A DNA stretch of 64,000 nucleotides from an uncultured virus (IMG/VR IMGVR_UViG_3300013382_000010) (taxonomy: Duplodnaviria; Heunggongvirae; Uroviricota; Caudoviricetes). A model generated the notes under the pieces. The model was not told the DNA's origin. It made no database searches and saw nothing but the letters and a program-made list of their open reading frames with translations. The DNA is taken from IMG/VR virus record IMGVR_UViG_3300013382_000010, one strand, 5' to 3'. The translations under genes were made by a program, and so were the position numbers. How positions within the stretch are numbered: the first letter of the stretch is position 1; every line of letters starts with the position of its first letter. Of this stretch, positions 12,815 through 25,540 are shown one piece after another.

Positions 12815-15800
12815 TAGAACTAACTACTACAAAAAACGAACTAAATATAGATGCACAATGTACTTATACTGTTAATATAGTATAGACAGCGGGCAATGGA
12901 ACATTGAGTTATACGTATAATCCTTTACATAATTTAGAAATATTACAAAATGGGGAATATACTCTTAGTGATATGGATACCACTAAATTAAATTTTGATT
13001 TACTACATCCATTATAGATGGAATTGTAGAAATCCTACGACAATTCCATTAATATTATTTTTATTGATAATAAAAATGTTCCTAGATTAATTAATTCAAG
13101 ATTAGTTGTAAAAGATAATAACACCTATGTATTACCAAATAGATTGTCCAATACCGAAAATATTTATAGTGGATACAATGACCAGAAGTTTGAAATTCAG
13201 ACTTCATTAACTAAGACTTTTGATAGTGTATGTACTTGTAAGTATGTTGGATTTATAACAAATGGTAGATTGGCTTGTGGAAACTATCATTTTTATATTT
13301 CCTACATAGATGGTGATGGTAATTCTACTAACACTGTCGTAGAAACAGGATTAATATCGGTATTCTTAGGTAATGACGGAGATCCTTTTTCTGTACATGG
13401 TGGTATAAGAGATACTAATAGCTATAAGGGAATTTAGTTACAGTTTGATAATTTAAATACTGCATATAATCAGTTGTAGATTATCTATTCAAGAGATACT
13501 TCTGATGATATGTAGAACTATGTTACTAAGTATTATAGAATTAATAAAAAGTTTTAGTATGATTTTGAGAATACTGTAATCAGCATTACTGGATATGAAA
13601 ATACTTCTAGTATTACTTAGGAAGAGTTTAACATTACTTAGAAATAGTTTTTAACAGCTAAAACAGAGGCTTAGGTAAATAATAGACTATTTTTAGGAAA
13701 TGTTTCATAGAATATAAATTACGATCCTGAATTAAGAACTGCTGCTATCCAAATATTACCATATCTCTATGTATGTGATAAAAATACTATTATTGGAGAT
13801 ATTAGTACCTCTTATTTAAATAAATAGATAGAGACTTCTGTAGAAAATTCATTCACTGGAGAATATTATAATTCTAAAAATATATATTATAATCTGGGGT
13901 ATGCTAATAAGGAGATTTATAGACTTGGAGTTATATTTATTTATAAAAATGGAGAAAACTCTTCTGTCTATAACATAAGAGGGGGACAAATCCCTACATA
14001 TGCAACTCTCCCTTCAGAAGGTCCTAAAGGATTTACAGAAATAAAATGGAAATCTAGCGATGATGTTACTTGGAATAGTAATGATTCAGTATAGTTATAT
14101 GACTTTTCTTCTGATTAGTATATTAATAAAACTACTGGAGAAAATACTGCTGGAGTTGTATATTTAAACAATACTAAAACTCCGAAATTCTGGCCTCTAT
14201 ATAGTATTGGAGTATATGTTCCAGAAGATGTTATGAATTATTTAAAGGCTTCAAATATTATAGGGCTTAAGTTTGTGAGATAGAAGCGAATGCCTTTAAG
14301 ACTGTGCCAGGCTTACACAATTCCAGTGGATGATGGTTCCAATCTTCCATTAATACATAGTGGTAAAAATAAATATGTAATAGAATCTTTCCTTACTTAG
14401 AATGGAACTACGTCTAGAAAGGTAAATAATAATTATTCTAACAGATTATATTCTACTACATATAATAATAAAGAAATAGGTGCCATATGTCCTGACTATA
14501 TAGTTAAAATGCCTTTCTTTAATCAGTTATTTACCGGAACTAAGTTTACATTTAGTACTTCTACATAGTAGAATGGAGAAGGTTATTTAACATCAGAAAC
14601 TTCAGCATCTAGAAATTATAAAGTATCCTCTCACGAATATATATAGCGTACTTCGTATATATAGGATGTATACGTTGTAGGGCTACAAGATAGTCAACCT
14701 ACCGCCGCAGCTAATAATTATATTTACAGAGCAAAAGCGGGAGACGCTTCAGAAGCTTACAGATATAGATTGATTGGAGATCTACAAAAATAGAATGATA
14801 ATGGAACATTATCCGCTAAAGATTTACAGAATGATTGTAGACTTGTTAGGGGATTGTTTTCTCCCTACTTAGGATTAAATAGTTCGGAATTAGATATTGA
14901 TACTTACTACGATATATATTATCCGGGATTTTCGGAGACTAATATAATTAACTATATGTCTGTAAGGATTTAGGACAATTCAGAATATTATCCTATTAGT
15001 GATAATATAGATATACAAACTCTTAATTACTATAATCATAATCTTTATAGAGGGGATAATTATATTTGTAACTTCACTTGGAGAGTAAATCGTAATTTCT
15101 CTGATTCTTCAGCACCTACTAACGATATTATCGTTGAAGAGAATACATGGATAGATCATTTTAAACCTTCTGACAATTTACCAAAAGATAAGTATGGAGG
15201 TAAAACTGAATTTGAATATATAAACAGAGGAGACATAAATGCTGTTAAACTTGGAAGTTGGATTACTATTAAAGTAGAATCTAATTATAATCTCAATTTA
15301 AGAAGTATTGATGAATCTAATACTACAGAAGTTGCTCTATATGGACATGGTAGAGGGTTCTATCCAGTAACCAAAATGTCTGCTGATGGAGGATTTAAAA
15401 TACCGGATAGTCAGCAATTAAATGATGGTTATAATGTAGTATTTGGAGCTAGGGTATACAATAAATATCCAGATGTTCCATATGTTCAGAATATCTTTAC
15501 TAATAGAATTTATTATTCTAATATTTATCCATATAATTCTATAAATAATGGATATAGAGTATTCAGCACTGTCAATTTCAGAGATTATAACTTTGAACTA
15601 GGTTCTATTACTAAAATATTAGAATGGTATGGAGATTTAATATGCGTGTTGGAACATGGTATTGTATATATTCCAGTTCAAGAAAAATCTATTGCAGCTG
15701 ATGGTACTGACATACATATTAATTACAATAAAATACTTCCTGATAAGGGATTAGTTCTTACTTCTGACATAGGTTCTAAATGGTAGGATAGCATTGTTAA

Positions 15801-17346
15801 AACGCCTTATGGAATTTATGGTGTAGATACTGTTGCTAAGAAGATTTGGTAGATTACTGGAAGTGGTAATAGCTCTAAAGTAAATATTATATCTGATTTT
15901 AAAGTAGAACAATTCTTAAATAGAAATATTGATTTAGGAGAAACAGATAATATTCCTGTCTTGGGAATAAGAAATGTTCATTCTCACTGGAATCAGTATA
16001 AACAAGAAGTAATGTTTACTTTCTATGATTGGTCAGAACTCTATCAACAGTTAGGTATTACAGAAGATACTACTGAATTGCCAGAATTGCCTACAATATC
16101 TTCGACAGATCCAACTCAAACCAGTGTTGAGAAAATTACTCCTAAACGCTATTAGTGGAATTTAGCTTATAATATAATGTCTAGTAGTGATGGAGGAATA
16201 TTTACTACTTTCTATACATGGATGCCTTCTTATGTATTTAATATTGATAAATGTATGTATTCTTTAAATGAAGATGCTACAGAATATTCTGTATTGAATT
16301 ATATAGGAAAACAATTTAAAGAAGATGTTGGCAAATTAAATGATTGGAAATTAACTAATTATTTAGAGAATACTGATTACGTTTAGACTTTAAATAATGT
16401 ATGGAAACATGGAGAAACAAATATTCGTCTGAATGAATCTAAACCACTACCCACTCATTGGTATGGAATGCAACATCCATTTGAATTTGAATTTATTGTA
16501 AGAGATGATCCTTCTGTTTAGAAGATTTGGAATAATCTTTATATAATATCTAATTTTGCAGAACCAGAATCGTTTAGTTTTAGTATAATTGGTGATGGAT
16601 ATGAATTTAAGAAAGATAAATTAAATATGTATTATCGTCAAGAAGCTACTAAGAATTTATGGCATAATATGGGAAGTAAAATTACTTACGACAAAGATTA
16701 CACTTCAATAACTCCAGACTGGAATAATACTATATTAAATAATTATATAGATCCAGAAAGACCAAATCAAGTAGTAGGAGTTCCTAAATCTACATATTTC
16801 CCATTATACTATAAGAGAGCTAATTTATTACATAATCTAGATGCTGTAATGTTAGATAGTTATCATAGTCCTATATTTGATTGGAAATATCTATCAGGTA
16901 GTGAAATATTCCACAATTCTAGAGAAAATAATTATGGAATCACTACACATATTAAATGTTCTCCAAGACATAAATATGGTATATTAAAATCTAATTCAGA
17001 ATATCTTGAAGATAAATGGGTAATACAAATTCCTAAAATTAATTTGGTATAGAAAAATGAATCAGATTGGAAGAATCTTCCACCTTTAGTTATTGATTAC
17101 ATACCAAATGATTTATCTACTAAAGATATTTCTGAAGATGTGCTACCAGAACAATATAAGGATTCAAAAGTACCTTCCGTAGGTACAGATCCCTACTGGC
17201 CACATAGATTAGATTTAGATAAATGGTCATATACTAAATATATGCCACTTAGAGATAAATGGATTAAAATTAGAGTTAGGTATAGTGGTAAATAGTTAGC
17301 TATTATTTCTGCTATACGAACTGTTTATACTGAGAGCTTTGCATAA
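12811..17346 (+). CDS. Tail stabilisation / muzzle protein (~1511 aa)
   Basis: YNPLHNL...NVPRLINSRL...NRLFLGNV...NRIYYSN...YGIYGVDTVAKKIW...RDKWIKIRVRYSG. Fragments 13144, 15376, 15961, 16177 and 16627 are all in frame; TAATG overlap with the next gene. Confidence 0.75.
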
Positions 17347-19385
17347 TGAGTAGTTTAGCTGGAATAGATTTATCTAGTTTAGGATCAAGTATTTCTAAAT
17401 TAGGTAATAATGTATTTAAAGGAGCTTTAAAAAACCCTTCATTAGCATCTACTGCATTAGATGTTGTTGGAGGGTTTATTCCCGAAAAATCTGAATATAG
17501 TGGTACCTATGGAGATATTACCAAAGCTGCTGACAGTGTCTATGATACTGCTTCCGATGTGATAGCTGCAGTCCCTGGATGGGGGACTGTAGCATCTCTA
17601 GGAATGAAAGGTTTAGGAGTTCTAAACAAAGGTATTAGTGCTATTGGAGGTGGTACTGATGGTATGACTACAACCGATAGTGTTTTAGGTAGTAATTGGT
17701 TAGGATGGACTCCAGTAGGAATGCTTAATGGATTTGGAGGGAAAAGGTCTCACACTTAGGAATAGGGTCAATCTGAAAGAGATACTATGGCTTCTGTAGG
17801 AGGTTCTTATATGGGGTCTGTAGGAGATTGGCAAGATTCTCTTAAATATAGTAATAAGAAATATGGTTTATTCTCTAGTGGTGCTAGAAAGAAAGCCAAT
17901 AGAAAGATAGATGATGCTAATAATAAGATGAATTTAATGACAGGTATTAGTAATACTGCCTAGACTTAGATGGAATTAGCCAATAATATGGCAGATACAA
18001 ATAATATGAGATATTAGATGTAGTTACAGGGAGGATATGATCCTACTACAAGATTGGGTAGAAAAGGATTAAAAATAGAATACATTAAAAGAGCTAAGAG
18101 AATAGCTAATAAAGTAAAAGATAAGTAGTCTGATGTAGTAAAACATCAATCTGGAGGAACTATTGACGAACCTTTCTTTATTCCAACAGATTGGGAACCT
18201 CAAGATACTTTATCTAAATTTTAGAAAGGCGGCTCTATAAATATTATACCTGAAGGTGCTCTCCATGCTAGATTACATCATATGGAAGATGCTAAAGATC
18301 TTACTAAAAAGGGAATCCCTGTAGTAGACAATAAAGGAGTTCAACAAGCTGAAATTGAACGTAACGAAATAATCTTTAGAAAGGAAGTTACTGATAAAAT
18401 AGAGCAACTTGCCAAAGAAGGTACTGATGATGCTGCTATAGAATGTGGTAAATTACTAGCTAAAGAGATTGTAGAGAATACAGACGATAAAACTGGATTA
18501 GTTCCTACATTATTCGAGAAGAAATAGGATGGAGGAATAGTAAACCCTTCCAATACTCAGAACTTCTTAAATTAGCTTAACACTGCATGGAGCTAGCAGT
18601 TGGGCAATGTAAATACTAATTTACCCTCACAGAAAGATTTACAAGGTCTATAGAATACTTTAGATACATAGGCTTAGAAACAAGCAGAAAAAAATCTTAG
18701 AACTAAATCTATGGTAGGTACAGCTGTTTAGGGAGTTATAAATGCTATAGGTGAAGGAGAACAACAAAAAGCCTTAAATGAAGCTGCAGAATAGTAGCAA
18801 AAAGATGCAGCTATTCAAGGTACTGGAGATATGAATGGTAATGAGAAAATGTATCAGCAACTATAGCAAAATACTCTTCCTAAAGTTCCTACTGCAGAAA
18901 AGGGAATTAAAGTTCCCTACGAAGAATGGGTTAAAGATGTAAATCCTAAATTTCTAAGTCCTCTATATGATTTAAAATCGGCTTATGAATATAATCCAGA
19001 ATTGGCGAATAAATGGAAACAAGCTGTTAATTCAGATAATCCTGATAAATATTTAAATCTTGTAGAGAAAAACGCTGATGGAGAAGAAACTTATCCTTAT
19101 CATTTACCTTCTGTAATGCAATTATCTGATGGTGATTACATATTCTTAAAATTAGGTAAAGAAGATTAGAATAAAGAATTGTAGGGAGAATTAAATTTTT
19201 ATAATACCGATAAAGATTTCAAGAAGCTCTATCAGTTAGAGTTTGATAAAGACACTAACAGGTATTTCTATAGAAAGAGGTAGAAGTCTTCTAAAAATAA
19301 AATCGGAGGTATTTTAAAAGTAATTAGTGATTATGACGATTCTAAATTAGATAAGTTAGAATCAATATTAAAAGTAATAGACTAA
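17346..19385 (+). CDS. Putative virion cargo/ejection protein (679 aa)
   Basis: Gly/Ala-rich hydrophobic N-terminal third; several KxQxGG motifs; read through TAGs to TAA 19383-19385. Confidence 0.7.
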
Positions 19386-19954
19386 TGGAAGAAATAAATA
19401 TTAAACTTGGAGATAAAGAATTTAAGGTTAAAAAAGCAGAAACAGAAGAAGAAAAAAGGAAAGGTTTAATGAATGTTGAATCTTTACCTGAAGATAGTGG
19501 AATGCTATTCTGCTGGGACAAGCCTCAAAAAGTAAGTATGTGGATGCACAATACTAAAATTCCATTGGATATTATTTTTATAAATGAGGATTAGGAAGTT
19601 TCTGCTGTAAAACAAGGTAAGCCAGATGATGATACTCTACTTAGTTAGGATGATACATTATATGTTGTAGAACTTAATAAAGATAGTGGAGTTAAGGTTG
19701 GAGATACTTTAGATTTAGAAGATGAAGATGGCCCTGTAATGAAAGTCTTAGCTCCTGATGGATCTACTTAGATGGAATTGTGGGGAGGAGAAAGAATTGT
19801 CTCTAGAAGAGAAACTAAGATTTTAATAAAGAAAGCTATTAAAGCATATCAGTCTTAGAGTGATAATGATTATAGAACTTTAGGAAAGTATATGTTTAAA
19901 GTATTGAATAAACAAGATAATAGAAAACCAGAATATGTAACGAAAAAAGACTAA
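19385..19954 (+). CDS. DUF192-domain protein with C-terminal extension (189 aa)
   Basis: AETEEEKRKGLM...GMLF...MWMHNTKIPLDIIFI...YVVELN...GVKVGD is the DUF192 signature; extends past TAG to TAA 19952-19954. Confidence 0.85.
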
Positions 19955-20066
19955 ATTTAATATCCCATTTTTTTAAATAATTTATTTATATCGTCAATAA
20001 CTATGAAAAGGTATATTGGATTTAGTTGTAAATTTAATATTAAATTTTTAAAAAACGTAATTAATT

Positions 20067-20369
20067 ATGAATTTGTAGTTTAGAAAATTTCAAGATGGCG
20101 GTCAAGTAACTCCAGATTAGAGTGCTGACCAGTCTCAACAAGAACAAGCCGCTCCCCAAGAAGGAGGTCAGCAAGATCCTATGGCACAATTGATTCAAGC
20201 TGCTGCTCAGGCAGTTTAGAGTCAAGATTGTCAAACAGCTATGCAAGTTTGTCAAGTACTTGTTCAGATGGCTCAACAAGGTAGTGAAGCTCCTCAAGAA
20301 GGTACTGCTGATTAGGGAGAGCCTGTGTACAGAGCAGGTGGTAAACTTCTTAGACGTATTACTTTGTAA
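20067..20369 (+). CDS. Small Gln-rich putative cargo protein (100 aa; absent from the supplied ORF track)
   Basis: MNLQFRKFQDGGQVTPDQSADQSQQEQAAPQEGGQQDPMAQLIQAAAQAVQSQDCQTAMQVCQVLVQMAQQG...PVYRAGGKLLRRITL; followed by a terminator-like hairpin. Confidence 0.8.
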
Positions 20370-20383
20370 TATATTTAAATGTA

Positions 20384-20420
20384 CAGGGAGCATATCTATT
20401 TTGATATACTCCCTTTTATT
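20384..20420 (+). terminator. Probable rho-independent terminator
   Basis: AGGGAG-CATATC ... GATATA-CTCCCT stem followed by TTTATT. Confidence 0.65.
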
Positions 20421-20428
20421 GTTTATAT

Positions 20429-23400
20429 ATGATGGAAAATAATAACACTACATAGACTACATCTACTCAAACTGCTTAGAAGCCTTCTGTTCCAGAAGTA
20501 TCTAAGACTATAGATGTTAATGGAATAAGTCTTGATAGAAGTGCTGTACTAGACCAACTTAACGGACAGTACAATAGCTTCTTCAATACTTATAAGAATA
20601 TGTGGAGTAAAAAGCAGTAGAAGCAAATATTAGCTCAAAGAGATGCTTTATTCTCCAATATACAAAATGGAAATATAAATAAAATAGGTAATAATACTGT
20701 AGATGTAACCAATATGGAAAATTCCGGCATTGATCCCACAATGAACGGTGCTGGACAGATTAATGTTGGATATATATCTAAAGTAGGTAATTGGATGGCT
20801 AATAAATATAAGCAAGAACATCCTGAAAAGAAATTTGATGCTACTACTTTAGATACTCTGTATAAGAACTACTTTTATGGGGGTTCTGATGATGGTGATA
20901 CTCAAGCATGGTTAGATTTAGACCCTGCCGATGCTAAAGGAAAAAGAGGTACTTCCGGTAGAATTGCTGCTTTAAATGGTTGGCTGAATAGTCTCAATTT
21001 AGATGATTACTCTTCGGCAGATTCTGCTTTAGGAAGTATGGATTCTGTAAAATCCAGACTTACTAGACTTAGAACTGCTTTATCAGATGGAGTGCTTAAT
21101 AACGAAGATTACATGGCAGCTAATTCTTTAGGTTTTAATCTTAGAAAATATCTGACTGATGAATCTTCTGATGATTTAGCTACAAAATTAGCTGCACAAG
21201 CAGCCGGCAAGGCTGGTACAACAGGTGGGGCAGCCGGCAATACAGCAGGTTCTACAACAGGCGGTACAACAGGTGGTACAACAGGTGGTACAACTGAGGG
21301 TTCGGAAACTCCAAAAAGATCTGCTGCAGAAGAAGCAGTATTTGGAACTACTAAAGATGAAGATAAACAAGTAGCTTTAAATCTAGCCGATAGATACCTT
21401 AATATATTTAAATAGAATAAAGGTAGGTATGGACAAGGATTTGCAGCTTCACCATTAGGAGAAGTTCGTATAAAGACTAATGGAGTTTATGATCCTAATA
21501 GATCTTTAGGAGTGACTCTAGCTATGTTAAAGAGCTATGGATTTAATAATATAAATAGCTATCTTAACTATGTAGGTAGAAATGTATTTAGAAGAGGTTT
21601 TGGAGAATATCTTTCTAATTATAGAAATAAGAGAGTAGATTTAAATAGATATTTTAAGTCTACGGGCAGAAAACTCGTTGGAAATGCTCCTACTTATGGA
21701 CAGCTTTATTCAACAGCTATGGCTAGTTATGTTAGACAGCTTAAAGCTGCTGCAGCTGCAGGTAAGTCTACAGAACCAATTTATAATTATAAAGGTAATT
21801 AGGTTATTGTAGTACCAGAAAGTTTAAATGAGCAGACTGGTAATTTAGTATTATACGATATAGATAAAGGACTGTTCTATAATGAGAATCTTGGTAATAC
21901 TAATATCAAAACATCTAATGGAGGATCTTTGATGATGACTTATATGATGACAAAGTATCCTTCAATATATAATTAGGACCAACCTTAGACTACTACAGCT
22001 CCAGACGTACAGGGCGAAGGAGAATAGACTACTACTACCAACACTGATTCTGCAGAAGATCGAGATACTGATTCTGACGACAATACAGTATCTTCTGAAA
22101 AATATGGTGGTATTCTTAAAGCATATTTCGGCACTGCAATAGATTATGGTGGTGAATCTGCTGATCCAATACAGCCAACATTACCCGTGCCTCCTTCTAA
22201 GACATAGATTGCAGCTAAAAGAGCATCGAATGCTGAAAAATTAAAAGCATTAAAACTACAATAGGCTAGGAACAAAACAACTATTTCTAAAAATGGCGAT
22301 TTGAATCTAAGTGCTTCAGACAAATTGAGGGCAGCCGCACTGGCTCAAGATATTATAAGTGCAGGAGCTGCTTATGGTGTGGGTCCCTACGGTACAACCG
22401 TTTCAGCAATTACAGGTTTAACTGGAGCAGCTACTGATGCAGCTGCAGATTGGATGGATGATTCTATGACTACTGGAGAAAGACTCGCAAATTTAGGAGT
22501 AAACTTGGGTCTTACAGCTGTAGGATTAATTCCTGGAGTTAAAACAGTTACTACTGCGGGAAAACTTGGGAAATTTGCTATTAAATCTATACCAATACTG
22601 CTAGCTGTAAAAGCTGCTCCAGAAATGATTACGTCTTTCAAAAAAGCTGCAGATGGTAAAGATCTTACAGAAACTGATTATAAAAATATTGTATATGGCT
22701 TAAGAATGATTGCCGGCGGGTTTAAAGTTGGAGGACAAGCATATTCTAGTAGACGATTTAAGGCAGAGCGTAACGCTCAACCAACTACCCGTACCATGCA
22801 AGAAATATCTGTTAAAAATAATGGATAGGACGTAAAAGTAAGAGTTACTCCCCAACAGCTTAAGGATATTAACAAAGCTAAAATTCAGTCAGAAGCTAAT
22901 GCTAGATTGCAACAAGCCTTAGCCGATAATGGGGTTAAAGAATCAGGAAACTATAAAGTAAATGATGGGTTATTCCCTGAAAACACTTCCTTAAATCCTT
23001 TTAAAAATAGTAAATCTAAGATTTAGGGTAAAGAAGTAACTGAATAGATAAATACAAATGGGTTGGTAAGTGATGCTGCCATTGTAAATAGAGCAATGAA
23101 TATAAAACATCCTTGGATGGCCAAACATCTTAGAACCAACTATGATGTTTACGTTAACGGTAAATCTCCAATACGTTTATTCGATATGCCTTCAGTTAGA
23201 CTATTCGCAGTCAGACAACCTACTTATAACAGAGCTACAGCTATGGAAGATGCTAGAAATGCAAGAAATGCTGATATTCAGACAGGTAATTCTTAGCCTT
23301 CTCCACAACCTGCTCCACAACCTGCTCCACAACCTGCTCCACAACCTGCTCCGTAGCCTTCTCCGTAGCCTTCTCCGTAGCCTTCTCCGGAACCTGCTCC

Positions 23401-25540
23401 AGTAGGAGGTAGTGGTACTTCAACAGGAAGTGGTACCTCTTCTGCAGGAAGTTAGCCCGCTCCACAGCCTTAGCCTACTCCACAGCCTTCTCCAACAGGA
23501 GGTTCTTCAAGTACTGGAACATAGCCTTCCAGCGGAACTTTACTCAAAGATGTATAGAGTATATTCGATTTTAAAAATAAAGCTATACGCGGAGATAGGT
23601 TAGAATAGTTTGTAAGTAATAATAAGTAGGCTTTTGATAATCTTTCTAAAACAGATAAAAAAATCATAAGCGATATTATTACTATGGAACAGGGTGCTTT
23701 TAAAGGTAGTTCTTATGACGAAGTTGTCAGAAAATAGTTATTGGATATAATAACTAAAATGACAGCTCCCGAAAATAATGCTCAAGCCTTAGCTGCTAAT
23801 AAGAGTGTTCTAAGTTCTATTAGATACAGACACGGTGGTATTCTTAAAGCTCAAAATGGCACTCAATTTACACCACAAGTATTTGGCAAAGATAAAAATA
23901 GAACTTCTTATGGAGGTATAACTAATACTAATAATAATACTTCGTATTACTCTAATGTATTTACTCCTTATAGTAATTATCTTATTGATGAGTTAAAATA
24001 GTATGGCAAGGATGATACTTACGGTAACTGGCTTAATAATATGCAGGTTCAGCACCATGGTTTATATCAATCTGCCGGAGGTGCTGGAGGAAATTTCTTA
24101 AATACTGCTTATAATAATAATGCTGCTGCTACTAGACAGTATCAATCAGCTTACGATACAGATTCTTTATCTAAGAATCCTACTGCTCATGGATTTAATA
24201 CTAGAGGTATAGCTTCGGCTTCTTAGGCCGGCAGATATTCTAATGTAGGATATTCTAAACGTAATGGACAAGATTCTTTAAATACTGCTTGGACACCTGA
24301 TGGTTCGTATAGTGGACAGACTGATGATAGAAGAATCTTAGGAAGATTAGGCGATTTTACTGATCAACAACTTACTGATTGGAATAATAAATTAAAGACT
24401 GTTGGTTGGGAATAGTATTTAGACCCTACTACTAATTACTATATGTTAAGGAGATTAAACACTCCTACTGGTACTTAGGAAGACAAGTCTACTAAAGTCG
24501 ATGGAGCAAATCCTGATGGAATGAAAAAATCTACTGTTCTATAGGATATTGTTGGAGTTATAGATAAATCTAAACCTGCAATACTTGGAGCAATTAAAGC
24601 CGGATGGGATAATAGATTTAATACTAAGCAGATGAATGAAGCTCTTAGTCATATGAATCCAGTACTGTATAATACTTGGGATTTTAATAGAAAAATCTAT
24701 GGTGATTATGCTACTAGAAACGAATATGACAGAGCGGGAGCAAATGCATAGTTACAAGCCGACAGAGTTGCAGCCAATACAGCTGATAGTTATCTAGGAG
24801 CAGCTACTCAAATGCAAGGTGTTTCACAAGCCAATGATAATAGAATTAAAGGCAGACTTGCTGATAACGATATGATTAGAAAGACTTATGAAGCCGCTTT
24901 GTAGGAGAATAAAGCTAATATCGAAAGACATTCTCAGAATGCTAATTAGAATAGACTTAATCTTAACAATAATGAGCGTGAGAGACTGTAGACAGTACTT
25001 ACTACTAATAAGATGAATCACGATAACTGGGCTAGGTGGTATGATAAGTATGTATCATATCCTGCGGAAGAAGATTAGGTTAACAAGAAAGCATTGCAAT
25101 AGAAGATAGATATACAAGATCTTGTACTAAATTCTAATGCAGGTTTGGCCAACACTTTAAAAAATATTAAGGCTAAATGGCAACCTAAGTATGATGCTGC
25201 TACAACAGATGCCTAGAGGTTGTAGATTCAAAACGATATGTAGAAAGAATTAGATGCAGCTACTCTTGATTCTTAGAAAAGATAGCTCTGGAATCTAGCT
25301 CAACTTAGAGGTTTGCATTATGATTATACTCCTATATGGGAAGCAGGTGATTCTAACTACAATACAGCTACACCTACCTATTATAAAGATGGGGGTGCCG
25401 CATTGACTATAGCCAGAATACGCGAAAAGAATAAAGATAAGGATAGGCTTGCTAAAAAATGGTAGAAGTCTATAGATAACTTTTGGAATCAATTTAGTAA
25501 ATTAAAATAGGCAGATTATTCTAAAATTGTATTTAAATGA
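20429..25540 (+). CDS. Large putative cargo/ejection protein (~1703 aa)
   Basis: Supplied fragments 20714, 21512, 22301, 23063, 23741 and 24041 share one frame; hydrophobic Gly-rich segment near 22350-22620; GGTT and PQPx linkers; ATGA overlap at the end. Confidence 0.75.
21219..21297 (+). repeat. 12-bp tandem repeat encoding a (TTGG)n linker
   Basis: ACAACAGGTGGT / ACAACAGGCGGT units. Confidence 0.75.
23294..23400 (+). repeat. 12-bp tandem repeat encoding (PQPA/PQPS)n
   Basis: CCACAACCTGCT x4 followed by CCGTAGCCTTCT x3. Confidence 0.9.

Noticed and set aside
8822..17346. Diversity-generating retroelement targeting the tail genes
   Set aside because: No reverse transcriptase and no template/variable repeat pair was noticed in this window.
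19955..20066. Specific late promoter in the AT-rich gap
   Set aside because: Plausible location, but no consensus could be supported from the sequence.
23142..23667. Supplied ORFs with LLHN/LLRS or VVEQ/KATE repeats
   Set aside because: Alternative-frame and antisense readings of the PQPA repeat in gene 20429-25540.
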